64,000 bases of DNA, taken from contig JAGWGW010000002.1 of assembly GCA_028867135.1 (NCBI GenBank), positions 22,170 to 86,169 of the forward strand, given 5' to 3'. Shown piece by piece: positions 30,392 to 40,307 of the stretch. Source of the DNA: Candidatus Micrarchaeota archaeon. GTDB lineage: Archaea > Micrarchaeota > Micrarchaeia > Micrarchaeales > CABMGC01. Under the pieces are notes generated by a model. It was given only the letters and a program-made list of their open reading frames with translations. It had not been told where the DNA came from and made no database searches. Position numbers and translations under genes: made by a program. The first letter of the stretch is position 1. Each line of letters begins with the position of its first letter.

Positions 30392-31003
30392 CTAGCTGTC
30401 GATTATGCCAAGCTCGTCCTTGAGCCTTCCCAGGATTCCTTTCCTGCGCACCTTGGGCTGCCTCTCAGCAGCTGGCTTATCCTGGACAGGCTCCTCACCA
30501 CTCCTCTCAGGAAGCGTTACGAGCTTCTGCAGGTCAGGCATCTTGAACCTTGGAGCCTTGAAGAGGCCCTGGCGCTGTTGCTGGGGCTGCGGCTGCTGCT
30601 GCTGCGCCGGCTGCTGCCTTGCCTGCGGCCTTCTCATGGTCGCAGTTTCATGCCTGCTCATCAGGTAGCCCAGGATGCCCTGCATGTCTCTCGCACCGAG
30701 ACTCTTGAATATTATGGCGTTGGCCTTGCTCGAGAGCGCCTCCTCTATATCGCTCTGGCTGCCGCATACAACCGCCCTTATGCCCTCGTACTTGTTCAGC
30801 GCTATGCCTGTACCCGACGGATTGTCAGGCACGCACACTATGAGGTCGAATCCCTTCCTGTCCATGAGCCTTGACGCTGTCTCCGCAAGGCCCTCTGCGT
30901 CAGAGTCCACCTCCTTGGCGACTACGCTGACCTCGTTCTCGTCGAGCGCGTCTATTATCCTGTCAGTGCCACCCTGGATGTTGCTTAACAGCAGTACCTT
31001 TAT
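30392..31003 (-). CDS. RpiB/LacAB-fold protein with degenerate active site and Q/P-rich tail (probable ATA start)
   Basis: GIALNKYEGIRAVVC...ANAI matches RpiB; the frame is open up to ATA at 31003, preceded by GGTGA. Confidence 0.7.
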   Translation of the reverse strand: MKVLLLSNIQGGTDRIIDALDENEVSVVAKEVDSDAEGLAETASRLMDRKGFDLIVCVPDNPSGTGIALNKYEGIRAVVCGSQSDIEEALSSKANAIIFKSLGARDMQGILGYLMSRHETATMRRPQARQQPAQQQQPQPQQQRQGLFKAPRFKMPDLQKLVTLPERSGEEPVQDKPAAERQPKVRRKGILGRLKDELGIIDS

Positions 31004-31075
31004 GGACTCACCAATACAGAGATATACAGTTAATGTTTAAATACATGAGCGGCGAAGACTAATCAAGGTGTTCAT

Positions 31076-31312
31076 TTGAGAGGACGAGAGCCACCAGTAT
31101 CATGCAGCAGCTGCGGAAGGACTGTTCCAAGGAACAAGGCAGTGGTAGACGAGAGAGCGATAAGGTTCAGCACAGAGCAGAAGGAGGCCGAGGTCAGCTA
31201 CTTCTCGACCAGGAAGGTATACTATTGCATAAGCTGTGCCAAGCACAGGGGAATTTTCCAGAAGAAGGCGGAGCAGGCTGCGAGGATGGCTGCCAGACGG
31301 CAGGGCATGTGA
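31076..31312 (+). CDS. rps26e: 30S ribosomal protein S26e
   Basis: RGREPPVSCSSCGRTVPRNKAV...YCISCAKHRGI. Confidence 0.9.
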   Translation: MRGREPPVSCSSCGRTVPRNKAVVDERAIRFSTEQKEAEVSYFSTRKVYYCISCAKHRGIFQKKAEQAARMAARRQGM

Positions 31313-31320
31313 GGCAGACC

Positions 31321-32115
31321 ATGGATTCGTCCGACCTTCTCATATTCAAGCTGCGAAAAGAGGGGGGCGAAACAGGGAAGGCAAAGGAGAAGGAGAAGCC
31401 AGCGCAAGCCCCGAAGACTGTTCCAAAACCAGAACCCAAGATAGAACCGAGAGCCGTGCCTAGGGCCGAGGAAAAGGTGATAAGGATGGCCCCGAAGCAG
31501 AACGACGTAAAGAACCTGAACTGCATAAGCCATCCTTGGAGGCCCGCATACGCGATATGCTCTGTCTGCAACCTTCCGTTCTGCTATGCGGACATAATGA
31601 CGCACAACGGCAAGTACTACTGCCTGGCTGACATAGACAAGGCATCGATGGAGAAGGAGGTACAGGTCCAGAGGAATACCTTCAACTACGTGACAGCCTT
31701 CATATTCGCTGCGAACACCGTAGTCCTTTTCCTGTTCTTCAACCAGCAGGCATACTACATAATAGGCTACATAATGCAGTCAGGCATATCCAGCCTGATC
31801 CACACGTACAACTACAGCTACATGATAGCGCTCGCGGACACTGTGATGCTGCTGTGCAACGCTATCGCGGCGCTCGTGTCATTGTCCAGGTCCAACAGGG
31901 CATTCCTGTTCTCCAGCGTGGTCGTGGGCTTCTCGATGATGCTGCTTGTATACGAGTACCTAACAAGCGGCACCCAGAACCTGCTTCTCTCCGCAGTCAT
32001 ACTTCTCTTCGCGCTTATGATGCTGACATTCAGCAGGATGAGCTCGATAGGCAGCGTTGCTGACAGGATGAGCGTTGCCAATGTCGAATGGCCGCATCCC
32101 GGCGCATACCAGTAG
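31321..32115 (+). CDS. Membrane protein with B-box-like zinc finger
   Basis: CISHP...CSVC...FC motif followed by about four TM helices. Confidence 0.65.
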   Translation: MDSSDLLIFKLRKEGGETGKAKEKEKPAQAPKTVPKPEPKIEPRAVPRAEEKVIRMAPKQNDVKNLNCISHPWRPAYAICSVCNLPFCYADIMTHNGKYYCLADIDKASMEKEVQVQRNTFNYVTAFIFAANTVVLFLFFNQQAYYIIGYIMQSGISSLIHTYNYSYMIALADTVMLLCNAIAALVSLSRSNRAFLFSSVVVGFSMMLLVYEYLTSGTQNLLLSAVILLFALMMLTFSRMSSIGSVADRMSVANVEWPHPGAYQ

Positions 32116-32151
32116 ATGGGCTAAGGTTTTTGCTTGGTTCGCATAGACAGC

Positions 32152-33939
32152 ATGTCCGCATATCTCTCGCTTGCGATAGCAGATCTTGGCTTATCGTACC
32201 TTCTGTTCACAAACCAGCAGTACTTCTCCGTGTACGGCTCGGTTGGCATATTCGCGCTCGCGGCAATGGCGCTCGCGCTTTTCATGCTCCCTTCAAGGCC
32301 CGGAAAGGGATCTCGATTGGAGGGCAGGCGGCTCGGCGTGTTTGCATCGCTTCTTGCTGCCTCAATTGTCTTCGCGCTCTACGAATTTGCCATTGACCTG
32401 CCTGCGCCGAACATCTTGCAGACAGTGTCGGTTCCTCTGCTGCTGGCCTCCACAGCAGCTGCAGCCTCGGTACTTGGACTGTACTATCTGAGAAGGTCCA
32501 TACAGGGGCTTGGCGGATACAGAAAGAAGATTGCGGCGCTCGTAGGCATAGCGGTAATGGCTGCTATCGCGTATTTCATAATGTACGCTTTCGTGCAGCT
32601 GAGCTGGCACGGGGTCGATGAGCTTGCGTTCAATTACTATGCATCATACCTTTTCATCCACGGCCAGAATCCGTACACTGCAAGCATGGAGTACATCACC
32701 ACGAAGTTCCACATCTTTCCGACCGTGATGCTGAATGGAACATACGAATACGCATACGACTATCCTGCACTGAGCTTCCTTGCATTCCTCTTCATCCCGC
32801 TGCTCAACATAACATCCTTCATGAGCTACATAGCGATAGTCATCTTCCTGAGCCTGCTTTCCGCATACATGGTGTACGAGAGGTCGAATGGAAACATGGC
32901 GATGCTGTTTCCAATAGCTGTATGGCTTGTCGCCACATACGGATTGGTAGGGGTGGTGGCGCCATATCTTGCAGTCGGCATCTTTGTGCTTCTTGCATAC
33001 CTGGAGAGAAGGAGGGTCCTACTTGCCGGCGCGCTGCTAGGGCTTGGCGCAAGCACGACGCAGCTCGCGTGGTTCGCCCTTCCACTGCTCTATGTCCTCA
33101 TACTCAAGGAGCATGGGATAGAAGGCATGTCCAAGGCCGTCGGGGCCTCTCTGCTTGCCTTCCTTCTCGTCAACGCATACTTCATTGCACTATCGCCGAG
33201 CGCGACGATAGGAAACATGTTTTCGCTGCTCGGAGCGACAAAGCTGCCTTTTTACGGCACAAACATAATGCAGTTCCTGGTGCCTTTCTATCCAGTCAGC
33301 TACTGGTACCCCACAGCCCTATCCATAATGGCAATTCTCTCGATGGTTGTCCTGTTCTATTTCCGCACAAACGAGATGATGCCCTTGATAGCCGTAATGC
33401 CCGCGATGATATTCTTCCTTTCGTGGAGGAACATCTCGATATACGGGCTTTCGTTCATGCCTCTGCTTCTTGCGGTGTATTACGCGCGCGATAGGCATGA
33501 ACGCCATGATGCCAATGCAGGGCTAAGGGCCTGGCATGTGACGCTGTTCCTCGTCTTGATAGCGGCATTGATGGCCGCCGTTGCCCACGATGAGCATGAG
33601 AGCAGCAGGCTGGTGGCCATTAACAGCATAACGCCGGTGCTGTACCAGAGCAACGTGTACGGATACCAGAACGGCTATGCGCTAGGCGCTCTTAGCATAA
33701 ACGTCTCAAGCGACTACGACAGCCAGCAGAATGTCTCTTTCTACATAGTCAGCCGGAGCCCGAACCTGCAGGGGTACATACTCGCAATGCAGCTGCCCAA
33801 GCTGCCTGCCCACCAGTCAATAGTATACAATGTGGACTACCGGCTACCCTTGGTAAACAATCATACGAAAATATTTGTAGTCGCGTTCAACGAACGGTAC
33901 ATGGCCTCGAAGGAGCTGGAACTGACGCAGCTGAGATGA
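32152..33939 (+). CDS. GT-C fold (GT87/DUF2029-like) polytopic glycosyltransferase
   Basis: DE motif, GQNPY and YDYPAL; many TM segments. Confidence 0.65.
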   Translation: MSAYLSLAIADLGLSYLLFTNQQYFSVYGSVGIFALAAMALALFMLPSRPGKGSRLEGRRLGVFASLLAASIVFALYEFAIDLPAPNILQTVSVPLLLASTAAAASVLGLYYLRRSIQGLGGYRKKIAALVGIAVMAAIAYFIMYAFVQLSWHGVDELAFNYYASYLFIHGQNPYTASMEYITTKFHIFPTVMLNGTYEYAYDYPALSFLAFLFIPLLNITSFMSYIAIVIFLSLLSAYMVYERSNGNMAMLFPIAVWLVATYGLVGVVAPYLAVGIFVLLAYLERRRVLLAGALLGLGASTTQLAWFALPLLYVLILKEHGIEGMSKAVGASLLAFLLVNAYFIALSPSATIGNMFSLLGATKLPFYGTNIMQFLVPFYPVSYWYPTALSIMAILSMVVLFYFRTNEMMPLIAVMPAMIFFLSWRNISIYGLSFMPLLLAVYYARDRHERHDANAGLRAWHVTLFLVLIAALMAAVAHDEHESSRLVAINSITPVLYQSNVYGYQNGYALGALSINVSSDYDSQQNVSFYIVSRSPNLQGYILAMQLPKLPAHQSIVYNVDYRLPLVNNHTKIFVVAFNERYMASKELELTQLR

Positions 33940-33952
33940 GGCGCGGGCATTT

Positions 33953-34465
33953 TCAGACAGTAGTGCTTACGGAAGTGGTTATCGAGACGCCTGACGTGAC
34001 CTTGTCCAGCAGCTGGCCGTACACGACATGCGGTATGCCCGTCTGCGTCTCTGTGTAGTTCAGCTGCAGCGTGCCCCTGAACAGGGAGCCGATCTTGCCA
34101 GAGAACGCCGTTGTTCCGGAGTAGCACTGCGTCGATATTGCGGCGGTGCTGCCTCCCTGTATCACAAGGCTCTGGCTCTGCGTCACTATGCCGGTCTGGT
34201 TGCTGTTGCATCCTGAGGCGGTTATCTTTATGGGATACGGGTTTGCATTCGCTATGCTCAGGTAGAGTATGCCGTTGCTCGAAAGGAGGGCCTGATTGCA
34301 CTCAAGGTTTGCGGGAAGCGCGCATGAGACTATCTGGCCGGAAGGATTCAGGATGCCAAGCGCAACGAATGTGGTGGTAGCGATTGCGATAAGGAGGAAT
34401 GCCCAGGAGTAGGTTGTAAGATACTCCATTGCGGATTGCAGCATGCGCGCGTTTTTCCCCATCAT
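33953..34465 (-). CDS. Class III signal peptide pilin-like protein
   Basis: LQSAMEYLTTYSWAFL N-terminus and a Cys-paired beta-rich domain. Confidence 0.85.
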   Translation of the reverse strand: MMGKNARMLQSAMEYLTTYSWAFLLIAIATTTFVALGILNPSGQIVSCALPANLECNQALLSSNGILYLSIANANPYPIKITASGCNSNQTGIVTQSQSLVIQGGSTAAISTQCYSGTTAFSGKIGSLFRGTLQLNYTETQTGIPHVVYGQLLDKVTSGVSITTSVSTTV

Positions 34466-34541
34466 AATTGCATCGTTTCTATTAGGCTGGATAACATATA
34501 AAACATGTTGGGGCATTACGCCCTTGCGGCTTCGCTGAGGC

Positions 34542-35078
34542 TCAGATTGTTGTGCTTGTCGAGGTGGTGAACGTGGTCTGGATTATCGCCCCGCTTACCA
34601 CCTTCGTGTTTATGTTGCCGAACGTCGTTTTCTTCACTCTTGTGTACTGGTCCGTGTAGTTCAGTATGAGATAGCCCGTGAATGCAGAACCTATGTTCGC
34701 TGCGAACTTGTTCGTCCCGATATAGCACTGCACTGTGAACGTCGACGATGATCCCGTAGGTATGTAGATCGAATTGTTCTGGGGGCCCGCTATCCTGACG
34801 ATGTTGATAACGCTCTTGTTGGCGTTGCAGCCCAAGCCGCTAACGTAGACTGGGTATTGTCCCGTATTTACTAGATTGAATTGGAGCACGCCCGTGCTTC
34901 CGAGCTTGAGGTCCGAACAGCCGAATGCTCCTGAAAAGGAGCACGTGCCTATAACGTTGTTTTGTGGAGAATAGACGCCGAGGAGGTATAGGGCTGACGC
35001 GGCAGCTGCGATGATCAGCAAGGCCGTGCCGTAGATTGAAAGATATTCGAGTGCAGACTGTGTCTTTGCCCCGTCCAT
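34542..35078 (-). CDS. Class III signal peptide pilin-like protein
   Basis: KTQSALEYLSIYG N-terminus; tandem paralogue of the neighbouring gene (shared Cys spacing, QCY, LNYT). Confidence 0.85.
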   Translation of the reverse strand: MDGAKTQSALEYLSIYGTALLIIAAAASALYLLGVYSPQNNVIGTCSFSGAFGCSDLKLGSTGVLQFNLVNTGQYPVYVSGLGCNANKSVINIVRIAGPQNNSIYIPTGSSSTFTVQCYIGTNKFAANIGSAFTGYLILNYTDQYTRVKKTTFGNINTKVVSGAIIQTTFTTSTSTTI

Positions 35079-35108
35079 GAATTCAATCCTCAATTGATGT
35101 TTTTAAGA

Positions 35109-36998
35109 CTACATGCTGCTTACCGTTGCTATGCCCAGCACCGTGAGCATCTCGTTAAGCACTTCCGCAGTTGAATCCACTATCATGAGCCTCAGTTCCC
35201 TCGCCGAGCCGCCCTTGAGCACCGGCATCGTCTCGTAGAACCTGCTGAATGCGGTGCATAGTTCTATGAGATAATCCGTTATGACGTTTGTCCTGTACTC
35301 GCTGCATGCCTTCTCCGTGACTTCGGGAGCGTTGCCAAGCAGCTTGACAAGCCCGAAGTCGTGTTTCCTTGTCATGCCATTGTAATCCTTGAGGGATTTC
35401 CTAATCTCCTGATTGCGGAGTATCTTTGTCGCCCTTGCGTACGTGTACATGCAGTACGGGCCGGTGTTGCCCTCGAAATTGAGAGCGCGCGCCCACGAGA
35501 AGGTTATGTTCTTCTCAGGGGCGATCTTCAGGAACTCGAACTTTATAGCGCCTATCGCGACGCTTCTTGCTATGGCCTTCGCGTTTTCCTTGTCGCTTAT
35601 CTTTTCGCTGCTCTTGACTATCTCCAACACCTTCCTCTCTGTTTCCTCAAGCAGCGAATCCGCAGTGTAGCTCCTTCCGCTGCCCATCCATCCCCCTTCC
35701 CTTCCGCTCAGCGTGCCTCCTTCGACGTCGACCTTTCCGTACGACAGGTGCATTATCTGCTCGGCGATGTCCTTCCTACCCATCAGCATGAACATTGATT
35801 TGAGGATCAGCTGCGGATACCTCTGCCTATTGTCTATCACGTTGACCGCCTTTTTTACATTGGCAAAGTCCATCCTCTCCCCGGATTGCGCTGTGGTGTA
35901 GAGCGGCTTTCCGTTCTGCTGCTTTCCTATGAAGATGCCGTAGTTGAATGTGTCGCTGAGCATTCCGAATTTCCACATGTGGAACGCTATGTCCTTTGCG
36001 ACATATGTGGCTGTACCGTTGCTCCTTATCAGCACCTTGACGTCTTCGCTCGGGCTCTCGAAGTCCTTTGCCATCTGCCTTATCCTCTCAAGATCGACGA
36101 TTATGCAGTCCTTGTATTCTCCGCTTGTCTCCTTCTTGACGATCCCGTTTTCAAGCAGTATTGAGAATGCCTTGTCCAGCAGCTTCGCCCTGACTATGTC
36201 GCTCTCCCACACAAGGACGTCGTGGTATACGGAATAGCCGCTTGCCGTCTGGTACTGCGCCTTTACGCACTCCTCTGAGAGCCTTCTAGCTTCATTCGAC
36301 TCTTTTGAAGAGCCTTCCTCCATCTTCTCGAGCAGACTCTTGACCTGCTGTTCAACGCCCTTTTCCTTGAGCCTCTTGTTGACCTCTACGTACTGCTCGC
36401 CCAGCCACGTATCGAACTTCTTGTCAGGCTTGCTTCCCAGGTTCATGTATCCCCAGAAGCTCTCCGCAACCTGCATGCCTAGGTCGTCTATGTAATCTTC
36501 CCTCTCCACCTTGAAAGAGCATGCCTCCATCATGTTCGATATGGCATCTCCCAGCAATGCGTTCCTAAGGTGGCCTATGTGCCACGGCTTGTTGGGGTTG
36601 ACGCTCGGAGACTCGACTATCACCTTTGCGCCTCGTCCCATGTCGCTCCTTGCGTATTCTCCTTTGCCCCCTTCTATGCTCTCCAAAACATGCTTCGCGT
36701 ACTCTCTCTCGTCTACAAACGCATTCACGTAACCGTTGAGCGCCTCGATCCTAGTTATGAACCTGGCGCCCTTTGCGCCTGCAGCCAGTTTCTCCGCTAT
36801 CTCCTTCGGGTTCTTTTTCGCGGCTTTTGCGATCCTGAACGATATTGATGAGCTTATGTCCCCGTTATCGGGTTTGGGGATAGACAGCGACAGCAGTATT
36901 TCCTCTTCTGCTACATCGGATTCCTTGAAATTCCTGGATACGGAGCCCTTTATTGCAGCTATGAATTCGTTCTTGAGGTCCTTGCCTGGAGCTGACAT
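35109..36998 (-). CDS. argS: Arginine--tRNA ligase
   Basis: PSVNPNKPWHIGHLRN, YVAKDIA, LSGREG and GPYCMYTYAR motifs. Confidence 0.96.
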   Translation of the reverse strand: MSAPGKDLKNEFIAAIKGSVSRNFKESDVAEEEILLSLSIPKPDNGDISSSISFRIAKAAKKNPKEIAEKLAAGAKGARFITRIEALNGYVNAFVDEREYAKHVLESIEGGKGEYARSDMGRGAKVIVESPSVNPNKPWHIGHLRNALLGDAISNMMEACSFKVEREDYIDDLGMQVAESFWGYMNLGSKPDKKFDTWLGEQYVEVNKRLKEKGVEQQVKSLLEKMEEGSSKESNEARRLSEECVKAQYQTASGYSVYHDVLVWESDIVRAKLLDKAFSILLENGIVKKETSGEYKDCIIVDLERIRQMAKDFESPSEDVKVLIRSNGTATYVAKDIAFHMWKFGMLSDTFNYGIFIGKQQNGKPLYTTAQSGERMDFANVKKAVNVIDNRQRYPQLILKSMFMLMGRKDIAEQIMHLSYGKVDVEGGTLSGREGGWMGSGRSYTADSLLEETERKVLEIVKSSEKISDKENAKAIARSVAIGAIKFEFLKIAPEKNITFSWARALNFEGNTGPYCMYTYARATKILRNQEIRKSLKDYNGMTRKHDFGLVKLLGNAPEVTEKACSEYRTNVITDYLIELCTAFSRFYETMPVLKGGSARELRLMIVDSTAEVLNEMLTVLGIATVSSM

Positions 36999-36999
36999 G

Positions 37000-38253
37000 C
37001 TACCATCCCTTCATTGCGCCGTGCAGTTTATCTGCATACTCCTTCTTGGTGTACACCCTCGCGTCATACAGCGTCTTCTTGCCAACCATCCCCAGGATAA
37101 GTCCGCTGTTCTCGGACAGCGGCAAGGACCTGCCCATCTTGTTGGTGTATATCTTGCTGCCTTCGTCTAGCAGGCTCAATGGCCTCAGGTACACAGGGAA
37201 GACCCATTCCTCGTCTATCCCGGCCCTCTGCGCGAATGCCCCCTTGGACCTGTCGCTGCCCTCCATCTCCTTTATCTCCTGCGATGCCTTTGACAGCTTG
37301 CCCTTTTCCGATGGTTGCGGGTCCATGTATGCGGCAGCAAGCGGTTTTCTGAGAAGGAACATCTTTACCAGTTCCTTGAGGTGCTTACTCTTGCCATTTT
37401 TCATGTACGCGTACATTGCTGAATAGAACATGTTGTCCGTATACGCGAGAACATCAAGTTCGCTTTCCCGCCTCAGCAGCTCGTCGGGGTGTAGTATGTA
37501 CCCTTCCCTTATCAGCATCTCGAATATCTTATCAGCCATCAACCCGAAGGAGACAGCCGTCTTGTGGTGATAGACGGACCTGAACATATGGTACCTTCCC
37601 AGCAGGAAGCTCTCGACAACGCTCTCGTCCTTGCTGAAGGTTATCCTGTCGCCATCGATGCTCATAGTGCGCATGAGTCTCTCCACGTTTATCCTTCCGT
37701 ATACGACTCCAGTATGGTATGAGTCCCTGAGAAGGTAATCGCTCTTGTCAGCGTCGAAGGCGGAGGAGATCAATGCTGAGAACTTGTGCTTCCTCTTTTT
37801 TGTGAATATGTCGGTAATCTCGTTTGCCCCGTATGTGTCTAGCCTGCCAGCCAGGAATTTTTCCACGAGCATGGACCCGAACTGCTCGTGCCCCATGCCC
37901 TTGAGCCTTTGCACTATTCCGTTCTCTGTGGTGTGCGACATCGGATAGTGTCCTATGTCGTGCAGCAGCGCGGCCAGCCTCAGCTTCTGTATCTCGTCAT
38001 CGTCTGTTGTCAGCAACTCGCCATGGCTCTTCACGTTGTCGAGGAACTGCTGCATCATGAACATCGAGCCTATGCAGTGCGCAAACCTGGTATGAGTCGC
38101 GCCTGGATAGACGTAGTATGCCGGGCCCATCTGGCTTATGTGCCTCAGCCTCTGGAATATCGGGGTGTCTATCACCCTTGTCTCCAACTCCGTAAGTTCT
38201 ATGTATCCGTGAACATTGTCGTATACCTGCTTCTTGACCTTGAGCGCCATCAT
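37000..38253 (-). CDS. HD-superfamily phosphohydrolase (dNTPase/SAMHD1-like)
   Basis: FQRLR.ISQ, HTRFAH, LHDIGHYPMSH, DADKSDYLLRD and VYHHK motifs. Confidence 0.92.
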   Translation of the reverse strand: MMALKVKKQVYDNVHGYIELTELETRVIDTPIFQRLRHISQMGPAYYVYPGATHTRFAHCIGSMFMMQQFLDNVKSHGELLTTDDDEIQKLRLAALLHDIGHYPMSHTTENGIVQRLKGMGHEQFGSMLVEKFLAGRLDTYGANEITDIFTKKRKHKFSALISSAFDADKSDYLLRDSYHTGVVYGRINVERLMRTMSIDGDRITFSKDESVVESFLLGRYHMFRSVYHHKTAVSFGLMADKIFEMLIREGYILHPDELLRRESELDVLAYTDNMFYSAMYAYMKNGKSKHLKELVKMFLLRKPLAAAYMDPQPSEKGKLSKASQEIKEMEGSDRSKGAFAQRAGIDEEWVFPVYLRPLSLLDEGSKIYTNKMGRSLPLSENSGLILGMVGKKTLYDARVYTKKEYADKLHGAMKGW

Positions 38254-39161
38254 CTCCCTATTGTCTTATCGTATTTCTTTAGGACTGAAGGTATCATATC
38301 TATTACGTCAGATGCGATGACATGGTTTCCCTTCGCCTCGAACAGCAGGTCCCCTATCCTGCCATGAAGGTATGCTCCTGCGACAGCGGCCTCGTAGACG
38401 GGTGCTCCTGCAGAGGCGAAAGCCGCTATCATCCCCGACAGCACGTCGCCGGTGCCCATCGTCGCCAGCGCAGCTGCCTTCGGTATGCTTACCTTGGCCC
38501 TTGTGCCGTCTGTTATTATTGTGTAATGGCCTTTTAGCAGGACGTTTGCGTTGAGCTTCCTTGACACCGTCATCGCTTTTGCAGCCCTGTCCTTTATATC
38601 GGTCTTTGATACAGTCAATCCTGAGAGCCTCAGGAATTCCTTCTCGTGGGGAGTTATAACGACGTCCTTCGAGAGCTTCCTGCCTTTCACGGACCCTATC
38701 GCATCCGCATCCACGATCATCTTCTTGCCTTTTGCCATTCCGTGCTTTATTATGCTATAAGCTGCCCTGAGCGCTGCGCTCTTCCTTCCTATCCCCATCC
38801 CTATGGCTATCGCGTCAGACTTCTCTATCTCCCTCTTTATGGCGCTGTTGAAGACTATCGACTTGCTGCCCAGCGCGTTGACGACCATGTTTGGCGAGAA
38901 GCCCCTCGTGAGCGCCAGTATGTCCCTTGGGACATATGTCTTCGCATAGCCCGATGCAGTCCTCAGCGCGGCAAGGGAGTTGTATGCAGCTTTGGATGCG
39001 AGGACAGGAGCGCCGTAGAGCCTGTCGCTTCCGCCTATCACAAGCACAATGCCCCTCGTAGCCTTGTCTGAGAATACACTCCTTGGTGCAGATGCGAGCG
39101 AGAGATCCGCCTCGCTCGCAAGATCCACCTTTACCTCGCTGTTTTTAACGTCGTCAGGCAT
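38250..39161 (-). CDS. nnrD: ADP-dependent NAD(P)H-hydrate dehydratase
   Basis: VIGGS...GA, VDADA, ITPHEKEF, LLKG and MGTGDVLSG motifs. Confidence 0.9.
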   Translation of the reverse strand: MPDDVKNSEVKVDLASEADLSLASAPRSVFSDKATRGIVLVIGGSDRLYGAPVLASKAAYNSLAALRTASGYAKTYVPRDILALTRGFSPNMVVNALGSKSIVFNSAIKREIEKSDAIAIGMGIGRKSAALRAAYSIIKHGMAKGKKMIVDADAIGSVKGRKLSKDVVITPHEKEFLRLSGLTVSKTDIKDRAAKAMTVSRKLNANVLLKGHYTIITDGTRAKVSIPKAAALATMGTGDVLSGMIAAFASAGAPVYEAAVAGAYLHGRIGDLLFEAKGNHVIASDVIDMIPSVLKKYDKTIGR

Positions 39162-39232
39162 CTTACAAACACTTTTAATACTTTGATTTCTATATCTTAA
39201 CGCATATATTAAAAGCTCCTGTCGGTGTTTCC

Positions 39233-40114
39233 ATATCAAAAATTTATAAGCAGAAGGACAAGCTGATCGTGTACCTGCCGTTCGAGGTAATAGGCGCTCT
39301 CAAGCTCAAGGAGAACGACGAGGTCGACTTCATCAGGCTCAACCCGAACTCGTTCGCGTTTGCGAAGAAGTCGGACATAGCGACTTTGTTGGTAGGGGGA
39401 ACGAGGGCCAGGCAGGAGGCTGCGCAGGAGCAGAGGCCCGAGGCAAGAGCTGCCACGCAGCAGGTAACTGTATCGGATGCGGAGCTTTCAGTGCTCAAGA
39501 AGCTCGATACGCTCAGGTACATGAACAGGACCCCCGAGAACGTGGGCAGGATACTTAATGAGAACGAGAAGGCGACGCTGAAGCAGCTCCTGGACAAGAA
39601 AAGGGTCACGCTGTTCAAGACAAACAAGGGCGCGCAGCTGTACAGCATACCAAAGAGCATCTACGATTCGTTCCTCATGAGGAAGAAACAGCAGGCGAAG
39701 CCTGAAGAGAGCATGAAGGAGAGCAAGGTCGTGAAGCAGTACACCTACATGCTGAAGAAGAAGCCGGAGAGCGCGCAGGACCTGAACGTGAGGGCGCTGG
39801 AGCAGAACGGCTTCGTCGTGGTTCCGACCGAGGGAGAGGCATCGACCCTTTCGCTCGCATTGGAGGAGTCGATAAGGCAGGGCCTGGTGCTGGGCACAAG
39901 GGCCTTCAACAAGAAGTTCTACGTGGTGCTCAGGGCGTTTTTCGAAAGGTACAGCGGCCAGGTCATAAAGGAGCTCAGGGAAGGGTCGAGCAAGGTCAGC
40001 GAGATTGCTGACAACATGGGTTTGGACGAGGATGGGGTAAGGGGCATACTGTACCTTTTGTCCGAGAACGGAGATGTCAGCGAGAAGAAGAGAGACACAT
40101 TTACCCTTGCCTAG
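39233..40114 (+). CDS. Hypothetical protein with AbrB-like N-terminus and C-terminal winged HTH (probable ATA start)
   Basis: IVYLPFEV..ALKLKENDEVDF and VSEIADNMGL...LSENG; frame open upstream of GTG 39269 to ATA 39233. Confidence 0.7.
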   Translation: MSKIYKQKDKLIVYLPFEVIGALKLKENDEVDFIRLNPNSFAFAKKSDIATLLVGGTRARQEAAQEQRPEARAATQQVTVSDAELSVLKKLDTLRYMNRTPENVGRILNENEKATLKQLLDKKRVTLFKTNKGAQLYSIPKSIYDSFLMRKKQQAKPEESMKESKVVKQYTYMLKKKPESAQDLNVRALEQNGFVVVPTEGEASTLSLALEESIRQGLVLGTRAFNKKFYVVLRAFFERYSGQVIKELREGSSKVSEIADNMGLDEDGVRGILYLLSENGDVSEKKRDTFTLA

Positions 40115-40260
40115 ACCACGAAGTGATTGAAGATTATCACAAGGACCGCAAAGATCACTACCGCTATCAGTACCACTCTCGGATTCAGCGACGGCCCTCT
40201 TTCGGGAGCGTCGTAGAAGCTCAGTATCCCTGCCTGCGACTGCGGCGTTGACAATGCCAT
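40111..40260 (-). CDS. secG: Preprotein translocase subunit Sec61beta/SecG (49 aa, absent from the ORF track)
   Basis: MALSTPQSQAGILSFYD...LNPRVVLIAVVIFAVLVII. Confidence 0.9.
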   Translation of the reverse strand: MALSTPQSQAGILSFYDAPERGPSLNPRVVLIAVVIFAVLVIIFNHFVV

Positions 40261-40307
40261 AATATCACTTCTGCATTAATTTATTTAACGTTTCCATATG
40301 GTATCGT

